Below, in pieces: positions 26,667-38,199 of a stretch of DNA of 64,000 nucleotides (positions within the stretch are counted from its first letter, which is position 1; every line of letters begins with the position of its first letter). Source of the DNA: Felis catus. Taxonomy: Eukaryota. Below the pieces are notes generated by a model that was not told where the DNA came from, made no database searches, and worked only from the letters and a program-made list of their open reading frames with translations. The DNA is taken from positions 154,382,001-154,446,000 of the forward strand of contig NC_058368.1 of assembly GCF_018350175.1 (NCBI RefSeq). The letters are read 5' to 3'. Made by a program: the position numbers and the translations under genes.

Positions 26667-27189
26667 AAATCAATAGTTAAACATTTTATAGATTAACTTT
26701 GGATTGTGAGATAATGTTGACAGATAGGAACAGAAACGTGCACAGTGGAGAATTTGGGGTATTGAGAGTAAGCTTTAACCCACTTCACAGTCAAGTGGTG
26801 TTTTTCCTACCATCTGAGTAAAGGGTAGGGAAAACATCCCAAACATATACTGGTCAAAAAAGGATACAATCCTCCTAAAGAAAATCAAACTGGAGAGTTT
26901 GGTAAGAGCAGATAATACCTATCAGGCAATATACTAACAACGGTTAATATGTGTAAAATATTAATTTCTGAGAAACCATGTTAAAGGCAAAATTCATAAA
27001 GTATTTGGTATTTATAAATTTTATAGTCGGTAAGAATATATAAAAATACATAAACCTGAATATACTGAGTAGAGTTTCAAAATATAAATCTTAGACATCG
27101 AAAGGCTGCAATGAGAAGATGGCAAATCCACAAAGATCGGACACACTTCTCAGAAATTGACAATTTGATAGGATGTAATTGAAATAGTA

Positions 27190-27394
27190 TGACGGTTTTC
27201 AAAATATTAGAACTAGTACTACTACACAATCCAGCAATCCCACTTCCAATTATACAACCAAAGGAAATTAAGCAAGGATTTCAAAAAGAGGTCTATGGAC
27301 TCCCACGTTTATTGCAGCAATATTCACAAAAGTCAAGATATGAAAACAACCTAAGTGTCTACCAAAGGATGGATGGATAAAGAAGATGTGGTTT

Positions 27395-27433
<39 letters not shown>

Positions 27434-27935
27434 ACTATTATTTCACCATGAGAAAGAACGAAGTCCTGTCATTAGAGACAAAATAGATGGACCTAAGAGC
27501 ATTATGCTAAGTGAGATAAACCAGACAGAGAAAGACAAATACTGCTTGAGATCACTAACATGTAAAATCTAAAAAAAGCTGAACTTATAAAAAACAGAGA
27601 GTAGAATGGTGGTTGCTAGGGGCTCAGAAGATAGGAGATTTGGAGAGATGCTGGCCAAAGAATATAAACTTGCAAATAGAAGATGAGTAAGTTCTGGAGA
27701 TCTAATATAATAGTGAATATAGTCAACTATACTGTATTATATACTTAAAGTTGTTACGAGACTGTATAACAAATGTACTCACTACAAAAACAAATGATAG
27801 TTATGTGAGTGATAGAAGTATTAGCTAACATTATGGTGGTAATCATATTAAAATATATAAATGGATCAAATCAACACTAATACCTTAAACATACACAAAA
27901 TTCTATGTTCGTTATAGCTAAGTAAAAAAATTTAA
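27190..27935 (+). mobile_element. L1 3'-end fragment (L1MA-like) containing (CA)n at about 27398-27431
   Basis: AATCCAGCAATCCCACTT...ATTATGCTAAGTGAGATAAACCAGACAGAGAAAGACAAATACTG...A-rich end. Confidence 0.85.
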
Positions 27936-27990
27936 ACTTCACAAATCATCACACATACACAAAATTGACAATTAAGTAGAAAAAAGTATA

Positions 27991-28236
27991 TTATTTATTT
28001 ATTTATTTATGTATTTATTTCAAAAAAATTTAATGTTTATTATTTTTTTGAGAGAGAGATCGAGAGCAAGTGAGCACAAGTGGGGAAAGGGCAGAAAGAG
28101 ATTTAGAGAGAGAATCCCAAGCAAACTCTGTGCTGTGAGCACAGAGTCTGATGTGGCACTTGATCCCACGAACTGTGAGATCATGACCTAAGCCAAAATC
28201 AAGAGTCAGATGCTTAACCAAATGAGCCACCCAGAC
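27991..28236 (-). mobile_element. Can-SINE
   Basis: GAGATCATGACCTAAGCCAAAATCAAGAGTCAGATGCTTAACC...GAGCCACCCAG; (TTTA)n tail. Confidence 0.92.
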
Positions 28237-28329
28237 TACAAGTGTACTAAATATTTAAATAGGATAAGTGACAAGGCAAAGTTAAGAGAAAACAAAGAAT
28301 GGGGCACCTAGGTGGCACAAGACATAAAG

Positions 28330-29530
28330 ATATAGTTTTAAAAACATGGAAAAGCTGTGAAACTCCTTTTAAATGAACTAAATTTTCTATTAACAAAGCT
28401 AGAAAAACAAAAATAAATTAGGAATGCATAAAATAGAAACATAATACAAGTTAGAATTGATCAATAAAACTAAATTGTGGTTATTTGAAAACCAGTAAAT
28501 AAGACAAACCTTTGAACAGTCTGACCAATTGGTTTAGGGAAGAGAGAAGAAACAAAATTATTAAGAACACTGGGATATCTAAGTATAGATTCGGAGATTT
28601 CAAAAGTATGAAATGAGATTAATAAATGCTTTATACAAATATGTTTAAACATAGATGAAAATAACCATTTTCTAGGGAAACGTAAATCACCAGATTCAAG
28701 AAATATAATCCCTAATAGACCAATAACTATGGAAGACATTAAATAGAAAACATACATATTTCCCTATCAAGAACACCAAGACCAACGGTTTAATTCTAAC
28801 CAAAATGCCAATGAACAAATAATTCTGTTAAGTAAATATCCTAGTGCAGAAAAAAGGCATCAGGAGAGACAGAGAGAGAGGAAGTTTACTTAACAAATTT
28901 TATGGAACTATCATGATGCAAATTTAAAACGTGGGCAAGAATAATTCTCAAGAAACACTAATTTTATACAAAGATAAGTGGGAAAATCCTTAATATAAGA
29001 TTACCAAATAAAATAGTGTTGTTTATAAAAATATTATTAACAGAGTAATGCACTATGACCATTATCATAGGATTATCTTGGTTTAATATGAGAAATTTTA
29101 TTAATATAATTACTCACATAAAGAGATTAAAGAAGCACAATTACCGCTGTCTCAATAAATCTTCCAAAAGAAGTTGATAAAACTCAACATTCTTTGTTTA
29201 AAAAAACCTCTTAGCTAACTACGAGTAAAAAGAAAATTTCTTTGATTTATAAACTATTCAACAGAAATACCTAACATGTGACATTTTAATTAAGATACAT
29301 TACAAGCATTAACATTCAATGCAGGAACAAGACAAGGCTACCCACTTCAAAGCTACTCTTCAAGGCTGTACTGAAATTTTTAACCCATGCATTAAGAGAA
29401 GTTAAAGAAATCAGAGAGATAATACTGAGAATGATGTGACCTTCACCATTGTGGATGAGAAGATAATCTACTTAGAAATTCCAAGAAAAGCATGAAAAAA
29501 AGAACTATTCTAATTAATAGAAAGTTAAGG
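28330..29530 (+). mobile_element. Old, highly diverged L1 ORF2 fragment
   Basis: AATAGACCAATAACT, CAGGAACAAGACAAGGCTACCCACT, GATAATCTACTTAGAAATTCCAAGA correspond to L1 RT-region motifs. Confidence 0.7.
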
Positions 29531-29830
29531 AAATATCTACTATCTACAAAAGACTCTAGTAAGAGCTACACCCAAAATAAAATTTACCCAATTCACATCC
29601 TGGTTTTCTCTTTATATAGATATTTACTTAACTTTTCTTAAAAATTAATTTGCATATTATAAAAAAATATTTATTTTCCAGATTTTACGTTGTGAGTAGT
29701 AGTAGGAAATTACAGGCACATATTTGTTTACTGAGAGATAATGGCCAATAATTGTGTTTTGTAAACTCAAAGAGAAAAAACAGAGTTATTATTTTGGAAT
29801 GGGAAATTAAGAATGATATTGATGATTTCT

Positions 29831-30040
29831 TTTCATGTTTATTCATTTTTGAGAGAGAGACAGAGACAGAGACAGAGCTTCAGTGGGGGAGGGGCAGAGA
29901 AAGAGGGAGACATCAAATCCTTAGCAGACTCCAGGCTCTGAGCTGTGAGCACAGAGCCCCAAGTCAGGCTTGAACTCAGGGACCACAAGATCAGGACCTG
30001 AGCTGAAGTCGGACACTTAACTGAGCCACCCAGGCACTCC
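29831..30040 (-). mobile_element. Can-SINE (left member of a tandem pair)
   Basis: GCTCTGAGCTGTGAGCACAGAGCC...GACCTGAGCTGAAGTCGGAC...GAGCCACCCAGGCAC. Confidence 0.92.
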
Positions 30041-30047
30041 GGTAAAT

Positions 30048-30244
30048 GTTTTTTTGTTTGTTTATTTAGAGAGCATGCATAAGAGAGCAAGTAGGGAGGG
30101 GCAGAGGGAAAAAGAAAAAATCCTAAGCAGTCTCCACACTCAGCATGGAGCCCGACCAGGGGCTTAATCTCACACAGGGTGAGATCATGATCTGAACCAA
30201 AATCAAGAGTTGGACCCTTAACTGATTGAGCCACCCAGGCACCC
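30048..30244 (-). mobile_element. Can-SINE (right member of the pair, different subtype)
   Basis: GAGATCATGATCTGAACCAAAATCAAGAGTTGG...GAGCCACCCAGGCACCC. Confidence 0.92.
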
Positions 30245-31244
30245 TGATAATGTTTTAGAAATTACAGATGGTCGGTTTTGACTTATCTGCTCTTGAACTT
30301 TAAATGAGTAAGAAAAAAAAAATCCCTATGATAAACATTTCATTTCAATACAACATAATCTCTATTCTAAATGTTGTACTTTTCAGTTATCTCTGAAAAA
30401 ATATAAAACATATCTCTAATCTGCATTTGTGCTTATGTTTATATTAAACAATGGGCATATATTAATTTTGTAATGTACAGTATTCTAGTAATTTCTAGGG
30501 ACATCTTATTCTGTATCATTCACAAACATAACTCTAAAGTTATAAATGTAAAACATAGCACTGCCCTAGAAAGTGAACACTGATTAAAGTCACAATGTGC
30601 TCTTTTGTGATAGTGTTTTTAATAAAATATTATCAGTGGTAAAATGTAAATAAAAAAGTAAATTGCTTCATTCATCATGTATTTTATGCAGTTAAAATGA
30701 ATGAACTCTCCTTTGAGAAAACATTTGACTAAGCAAAATAATGGTTATGAGTTTGAGAAAATGTTTAATGAACTTGCTAAAATGCAGTTGTTATTTTACA
30801 GCCTATTATTGTAAGTTTTAAATTAATTGAGGTTTCTTTGCTCAGAGACTTTTTTTTCTTTTTCCACTTAATATACGAAAATAAGTGACTTTAGTAACTC
30901 ATGTGGATGCCAGGTAGTTAGTTCCTAGGTGAGGAAAGCCAGTTAACCTGATAGTAGGTGACTGGCAGAGTGCATCCATGATTCTTCATATTCATTTGTT
31001 TGGTGTCGGTTCAAAGGCAAAGCAGTCGCCAATGATGAAACACGTCTGTTCTTCAAATAGTTCATATTATAAACATTGTGAATGATGTCCATCTCCTACT
31101 TCTTGTTTTGAAATAAATCAATTTATTTACTATATATATATATATGTTTAAATGATATCGATGTCTATATATTGAAATATTTCAAATAGTATATACCCAT
31201 TTGTTAAAGGCAACAGCAAAAGATGCTTACTTTAAAAACATAAG

Positions 31245-31865
31245 CCTTATGGTAGCTTTATTGATAAATACCAAAATTTGGAAGCAACCAAGGTGTCCTT
31301 CAGGAGGAGAATGGATAAACTGTGGTACATTTAGATAACGGATTATTAAACAAAGAAAAAAAATGAGCTATCAAACCATGAAAAGATATAGAAGAAACTT
31401 AAATGCATATTACTAAGTAAAAGAAGCCTAAATGAAAACGCTAGGTACTGTATGATTCCAAGTATATTACCTTATGAAAAAGGCAAAAACTGTGGAGACA
31501 GTAAAAAAATCAATGGTTGTTAGGGTCTAGGGAAAGGGAGAGATGAGTAGGTGAAGCATAGAAGGTTTTTAGGGCAGTGTAAACACGTGCTGTGATACTA
31601 TAATGGTAGATACATGATATTATACATTTGTTTAAACCCACAGAATTTACAGCACAGAGTGAACTCTAATGTAAACTACAGATTTTGAGTGATAATGATG
31701 GGTCCATGTACATTCATCAGTTCTAACACATGTACCACTCTGTTGGGAACCTTTGATAGCGAGGGAAACTATGCATGTGTGGGAATGAGGGATACATGAA
31801 ATCTCTGTATGTTCTACTCAGTTTTGCTACCAACCTCACACTGCACTGAAAAAGTCAATTAAAAA
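31245..31865 (+). mobile_element. L1MC-like 3'-end fragment
   Basis: GGAAGCAACCAAGGTGTCCTTCA...AAAGGCAAAAACTGTGGAGACAGTAAAA...GTGAACTCTAATGTAAACTA...ATGTACCACTCTG. Confidence 0.8.
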
Positions 31866-32080
31866 GATTTAAGCCTGACTATATTAATGGTTCTAATATT
31901 TAAAGTAAAGCCTAATGCTGGGAGATAGTTCTAAACCATGGCAAACCCATCATATAACTCATTAAATGAATTGATGTCAGGTCTGTCCCTTGGTGAAAAA
32001 TTGTATTTTGTTCCTGCGCATGGTGGGAATTTAGTAGATACAATGAATTGTTTGATTAAGCTAAAGAGTATATAAAATAA

Positions 32081-32310
32081 AGGGCACCTGGGTGGCTCAG
32101 TGGAGTGATCATCCAACTCTTGATTTTGGTTCAGGTCATGATCCTAGGGTCATGAGATCAAGCCCTGTGTTGAACTTCGCATGGAGCATGCAGTATGCTT
32201 AGACCCTCTTCCTCCCTCGGTCCCTGGCTTGTGTGTGCTATCCTCTTTCTTAAAAAAAAATCCACAAAACCAAAACTAAAACCAAAACAGAACAAAACAA
32301 ACAAACAACA
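32081..32310 (+). mobile_element. Can-SINE (older subtype)
   Basis: GGGCACCTGGGTGGCTCAG...TCAGGTCATGATCC; degenerate TSD AGAGTATATAAAATA / AGAGTACCTAAAATA. Confidence 0.88.
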
Positions 32311-32804
32311 GAGTACCTAAAATAGGAACTTAGACAAAGAAAAGGTGAAGTGTTTGGGGAAGGGCTAATCTTAAAAACAATAAATCATAGCCACAGACAT
32401 ATTGACTGAGCACATTAATATCAGAATAGTTTGTCTAGGGCATGTAACATGTTATCTGAATACAGGGGAATAGGAAAATGGATCATTTGCCCTTAGAATG
32501 ATGGGTTTGAATCTAGAGCTGACTCTTTTTTTTTTAAATCATGGGCAAGTTAATTTATGTCTTAACCAATAAATGCCTCCATTTCTTCATTTATGGTCAT
32601 GTATGAACAAGGTAGACATGAATATTATTTAAGTGAGTATACCTGGGAGTAGTTTATAGACAAAAATTACCCCACAGAATCAAGATCTCTGAGCATGAAC
32701 CTGACATTCCCTTGCAGTCTAGATTCTATGGGAAAAGTTCATTATCTGATGCATGGTAGAAGCTAAAAATGTCTATGTTCAATGAGTAAAAAGAAAAATG
32801 TGAT

Positions 32805-33015
32805 GGGGTGCCTGGGTGGCTCAGTCAGTTGAGCGTCTGACTTAGGCTCAGGTCATGATCTCACAGTTCGTGGGTTTGAGCCCTGCATTGGGCTCTGTAC
32901 TGACAGCTCGGAGCCTGGAACCAGCTTCAGATTGTTTCCCTCTCTGCCCCTCCCCGCTCATACTCTGTCTCTCTCTCAAAAAATAGAAATAAATGTAAGA
33001 ATAAATAAAAATAAC
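32805..33015 (+). mobile_element. Can-SINE
   Basis: Canonical head; TSD AAAAAGAAAAATGTG at 32788-32802 and 33016-33030. Confidence 0.95.
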
Positions 33016-33229
33016 AAAAAGAAAAATGTGGAGATAAAAAAAAAACATACTGAATGAGAGCCAAAAAGATTGTGGTTAGCTTCTTAAAAATACATACATA
33101 CATACTGATATCTATAACTACTGTGTATCTTTATAGTTTGTTATATATAAATACAATAAACTGTACACATTCTTCAAAAACATGTTTGGTTTGGACCTTT
33201 GATATATTCTGGCTACTATTTTATATAAT

Positions 33230-33330
33230 ATTCATTCATCCACTCAACATTTCTTAAGTGCCTATAAAATGCTAGGTTATTAGGATAAAGACTTAAACAC
33301 GACACTCCCCCTGTCTTCTTGAAGTTTATA
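33230..33330 (-). mobile_element. L2 3'-end fragment
   Basis: TTCATTCATCCACTCAACATTTCTTAAGTGCCTA is the typical reverse-strand L2 tail. Confidence 0.6.
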
Positions 33331-33454
33331 TGCCGAAGCAAAAAGCTGATGTTGATAATTCTAATTTCAAATATCTTTGATCTCTCACCTATCAGATAAA
33401 AACATAAAAATTATACGGTAGTATATTTAGAATCTCGAAAGCATACTTTAAAAA

Positions 33455-33590
33455 GTTTATTTTAAAACATATATACAGTAAAATTAACTTTTAAGTGTAT
33501 AGTTCTGAGTTTAGACAAATGCATACAGCTATATAACTCCTACTACAATCAAGATACAGTTTTGTCACACCCCCCAAAAAATCCTTTGTA
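33455..33590 (-). mobile_element. Old L1 3'-end fragment
   Basis: ATACAGTAAAATT...TTTTAAGTGTATAGTTC...GACAAATGCATACAG...ACAATCAAGATACAG. Confidence 0.6.
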
Positions 33591-34326
33591 TAGACAAACT
33601 TTGGAATTTTTCAAAGAACACAAAAATTCAACCTAAGAATAACCCAAGTGACTCATATATTATAAAGGTATAATTAACTTGCAGAAGTATAGTCTTCAGG
33701 CATATTTACCTTCAAGACAACAATCAGTGTAAAGTAGCTCAAAGTAAAACAAACAAAAAAACAGGGATACAGTCTTTGTTAGTAAATACAACAGGATCGC
33801 AACTAAGTGAAAGGAAATAGCACTACCCAGTGGGGACCACGGGGTCATTTCTCCACTATTCCATCACCTTTTCCTTTTCTGTATAATCTCCTATCTTTGT
33901 GGCCCTCTGAGCATCTGCTCCAGAAGAATGTCATCCGGCCCTGAGTCTACATGATATTACAGACTCTGCATCCATGTTGACCTAACATGTTCAAATTCAG
34001 ATTCCAAATTCCAAAGGAAAAAAATTAGAAGCACCAGGAAGGTGAATGGTATTACACTGTGATACATGTTTTAGAATCTATAGGTGGGTTTGCCAGTCTC
34101 CCACTTCTTTGCAACGATTCCTCCGCAAGAAGTGTAATAGGAGGAAAAAATACCAGTAACAGTAACAATACTAAAACCAAAATACTAAGGTGAAGAGCAT
34201 GATTTATTTTACTGTCTAGAATGTAGCTGTTAAAAACCAATAAGATGCTGTCTCAAACAAAGAAGAAATTATCAGAGCCAGGGAATGTGAGAAACTCTAA
34301 GGTCCAACTAAAAGGCCTAAGAAAGA

Positions 34327-34576
34327 GGGGCGCCTGGGTGGCTCAGTCGGTTGAGCGTCTGACATCAGCTCAGGTCATGATCTCATGGTTCATGAGTTCA
34401 ATTCCCACATTGGCTGTGTGGTGATAGCTCAGAGCCTGGAGCCTGCTTGGGTTCTGCACCTCCCTCTCTCTCTCTGCCCCTTCCCTGCTCAGTCTGTCTG
34501 TCTCTCTCTCACAAATAAACATTAAAACAAACAAACAAACAATAAATAAACAAACAAACAAACAAACAGACAGACA
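34327..34576 (+). mobile_element. Can-SINE with (AAAC)n tail
   Basis: GGGGCGCCTGGGTGGCTCAGTCGGTTGAGCG; TSD AAGAAAGAGG at 34319 and 34577. Confidence 0.95.
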
Positions 34577-35365
34577 AAGAAAGAGGATTCCAGCAATAAT
34601 GACCAATGCTAAAATCAATCAGCCAATGATTAGAATTGTGGGCACTGAGGTAGACCTATAGATTACATGGGGCAAGTTTTGTAGATAATCACAAGAAATT
34701 AGGGTAAGAGTTTAACTTGAATACAGAAAAAAAGTATCTAATTTTACTGAATGGCATTGACAGTGCAAATAAAATATTGATATTTAAAGTGAGTTTCCAG
34801 ACAATCCAACTTATATTCATGACGTTAGATTTTTGAGATTGCTGGGAGCAGTTGATAGAGTAATCAGTTTATGTTTCCATAATGACACACATCTGTCATA
34901 TTGGATTAAAATGGTAACATTACCTTCAACTAAAGTATATCCTATTTCTTTTGCTCCTCAAGATCTTGATAGAGAAATGGTGTGAATGCAGTTACTGGTT
35001 ATATTGTTAAGTGTCCAGGAAAAAAATAAAACTAGAATCTCAGGGGCAAAATGGAAAGAGAAAACGTGCTTTACTTTGCTTTTTCATGAGATCCAAGGTG
35101 ATAGAGATATGCAGAATATATTTCCTCCTTTTACTTACAAAATAAAACAAATGATTTTGTTTGAAAGCCAGAAAAAAAATTAGAAACACTTAAGAACTAG
35201 AGTGTTTTTGAAGTATCTGTTTAGAATCTAAATAAAATCATAAGTATTATTAGTTATATAAAAATGAATCCTGACTCAGTAAAATAGAAAGAACCCATAG
35301 TCAAAGAGTCATTTTTATACATCCATATTTACATTTATTATGTAGATTAAAAGTTATATACCATC

Positions 35366-35608
35366 GGGCACCTGGGTGGCTCAGTTGTAAAGCATCTGAC
35401 TTCAGCTCAGATCATGATCTCACAGTCGAGAGTTCAAGTCCCACATCAGGTGAGCTCGAGCCTGGCTTCAGGTAAGCACAAGCCCAGCTCTGGTGAGCCC
35501 GTGCCCTACTTTGGGTGAACAGGAGCCCTCCTTTGGGTAAGCCCCACTTCTCTCTCTCTCACTTTCTCTCCCCCTCTCTCTCCCTCTCTCTCAAAGAAAA
35601 AAAAAAAT
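35366..35608 (+). mobile_element. Can-SINE variant with an internal ~22-bp tandem array
   Basis: Normal head, then five GGT(G/A)A(G/A)C-containing units at 35447-35549, (CT)n and A-tail; TSD TATATACCA. Confidence 0.9.
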
Positions 35609-35705
35609 ATATATATACCACCTGCCAGGTTCTCTTTTAGCCTCAGTGGTTCTTCATACCGAGAAATAAGATCTATTCACATGCACAGGTTGTGCTCTCT
35701 CTCTG

Positions 35706-35707
<2 letters not shown>

Positions 35708-35743
<36 letters not shown>
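35708..35743. repeat. (CA)n microsatellite
   Basis: About 18 AC units. Confidence 0.95.
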
Positions 35744-35745
<2 letters not shown>

Positions 35746-37118
35746 CACCAAATTATAAGTTTTGTTATTTTCCAAATACAGCCTGATAACACTGAAATCA
35801 ATGGGCCAATAAATCTATAACTAAAATTGCTATGTGTATCAAAGAGTCACAGAAAATATCAAAATTAGTACAATAAGTACCCTGGGTTGAGGAAAGGAGT
35901 TGGGCTAAAGCATCTATAACCCCAGCTAAGGAAAGACATAGACCTGTGTAAAGAGTATATTCTATAATTTGGAATAAGATAATGTGCAAAAATATTTATA
36001 TTTATTCTATTATCTACTGACCTGTCTTTTATAGGAAAAGTGGCTGTTTTCCATTCTCAGTCCGCACTGAGGACTCTGAGTAGATATAGTCAATGTAGAA
36101 GACATAGCCTTTAAAATCTCAGAAAATGGATTTTGAACTCCATTTCTAGCAAGTTTTGATGGACAATGTGTGTAGCAGATACAACTTTAATGTGGTTGAA
36201 TCCTTTCTTATTCACTGACTAATTACTCATTTCGTGACTTCTCCTCTTTGTTCTCTCTGGCTGCCTCCAGGTCTTTGGCCATTTCACAGTTCATTAGCAC
36301 CTTCAACATTTGATCAGCAGGAGAACACAGACATGACTTACATCACTCAGTTGTGTATAGTTTTCTGTCACTGGGACTAAAGGTTTGGTGACATATGCAA
36401 TTTAAAGGAACACCTGAAATGGAATTATGAAGGTTTTTTAATTTTTTTTTTTTTGAATTTCAGAGCCCCACCTTCTATGTCATCAGAAATATTCAGGAGT
36501 TGATTACATTGAAAGGCTATAACTAAGTACTTTTGAGAGGTTTTTTTTGTTGTTGTTGTTGAAATTCTCTTCCTTACACAGTTACCCAGTGTTCACTGGC
36601 CTACTGTACAATATAGACACCCGACAGATGTAAAATGTGCTGGATTAAAATCTAGGGAAGAATACACGGCATTAAGTTTAAAATATGCCTTGCATCCCCA
36701 ATAATCCCCTGTTTCTTTAATGGCTTTCTCTCAAAGAAAAATGGATAAGATTATAAGGCATTCAAGGGTAATTATGTATATTTATATACACACATAGAGA
36801 AATAAGAAACTACCACGTGGTAGTATGTGTATGTCATGGCGATCATGTTTTCTCCAGTGTGGTTCCTCATATATTTGCTGGTCATTTATATGCTATTTGC
36901 ATGTGTATTAGTCGAATATTCTAAGAATTACATTTTCTCAAAGACATATTTTTAATTAATATGGACACTTGCTCCTAATTTGGAATTGCTTTTTTCTTCA
37001 GAAGATCTATTAACAAACAATTTTATATTAAAATTAAGAAAACAAGCATAGTGACTTCACTCACTTAAAATTCATTTTCCAATGAAGTTATTATGAGATT
37101 TACGTGATAAAATACCAA

Positions 37119-37312
37119 GGCGCCTGAGTGGCTCAGTCAGACGCTCAGTTGAGTGTCTGATTTTGGCTCAGGTCATGATCTCGCAGTTCATGGGTTCAAG
37201 CCCCACATTGGGGTCACTGCTGTCAGTGCAGAGCCTGCATTGGATCCTTTGTCCCCCTCTCTCTCTGCCCCCCCCACTTGCTCCCTCTCTCAAAAATGAA
37301 CAAACATTTAAA
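37119..37312 (+). mobile_element. Can-SINE
   Basis: GGCGCCTGAGTGGCTCAGTCAG, small internal GCTCAGT duplication; degenerate TSD AAAATACCAAG / AAAATGCCTAG. Confidence 0.92.
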
Positions 37313-37577
37313 TGAGAAAATGCCTAGCATATGTTTATTTAATGCTTGGGTCCTAATAAACAGTCAACAAATAGCATCTTTTTAAGATTACATATATTTT
37401 TTATGCGTTTATTTGTCTTTGCTTATGGTTCCAGGGCAGAAAATCCTCCACAGTGCTACTTTTGCCTATTGCATAAATGTTTCTCTAACAAACTCTCAAA
37501 GGATGTATATTCCACTTGGACTATAGTTAAGGCTCACCCATGCACCCGGCAGTGTGGAGAATCTTCTGCATGTAAGA

Positions 37578-37740
37578 AGGCTAGAGTCTGAACACCTGAG
37601 TTCTTGTTCTGACTATGTTTGAATGGACTGCGCGACTCTGAAATAAAGCAAGTGACTTCTCAGACCTCCAAAAAATGGTCATACCTGCCCTGTAATCTAA
37701 CAAGGTTATATGATACCGTGTAACTAAGAATGTTTTGTAA
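37578..37740 (+). mobile_element. MIR fragment
   Basis: GGCTAGAGTCTGAACACCTGAGTTC...GCAAGTGACTTCTCAGACCTC...ATACCTGCCCT. Confidence 0.55.
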
Positions 37741-38199
37741 TCCACCAAGAGATATTAAAATGGAAGTACTAGTATTACAAAGAAAAGCAACCCGTAGAAA
37801 GCGGTTTAGATTCCATTCTATAAGCTTCTAGGAATTTGTGAGCACTAAAAGAATGAGAGTAGAAATACATTTGAAGAAAAAGATGGCACTTGTTTGCTCC
37901 TGCAGGAATCTAGTCAATTTAATAAGAATGGGGTATGCGTGGAGCAGTGGGGAAGCCCGCAAACCTAAGACCCATGAATGAATGTATCCATTATAATGTT
38001 TTCAATTAAGACTTATTCATGGACAACACTCAAATCTGTCTCTCCCATTTTCCTCATATCATAATTTGCAATTAATTCTGGATATAGTCACTTGCATATT
38101 CAATCTTATATCTGATTTTCTATATCCTGATCATCAGGGTCAAAGAAAGTGCCATGATCAAATATAGTATCAAATTCAAACTCATTAGGTGTAGTATTA

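Noticed and set aside
28301..28318. GGGGCACCTAGGTGGCAC, SINE-start-like 18-mer
   Set aside because: Too short to call as an element with confidence.
29839..30234. 131-aa ORF and the similar ORFs at 39706, 43827, 47300, 53066, 54507 and 57116
   Set aside because: Read-through of Can-SINE sequence (recurrent AQVMIS / EREREREE-type peptides).
35447..35549. CRISPR-like appearance of short spaced repeats
   Set aside because: Units are contiguous, degenerate and inside a SINE in mammalian DNA; no unique spacers or cas genes.
36440..36710. Two plus-strand acceptor-like sites (tttgaatttcag, ttccttacacag)
   Set aside because: No matching strong donors, and the downstream peptides are short and unrecognisable; T-runs mimic acceptors.
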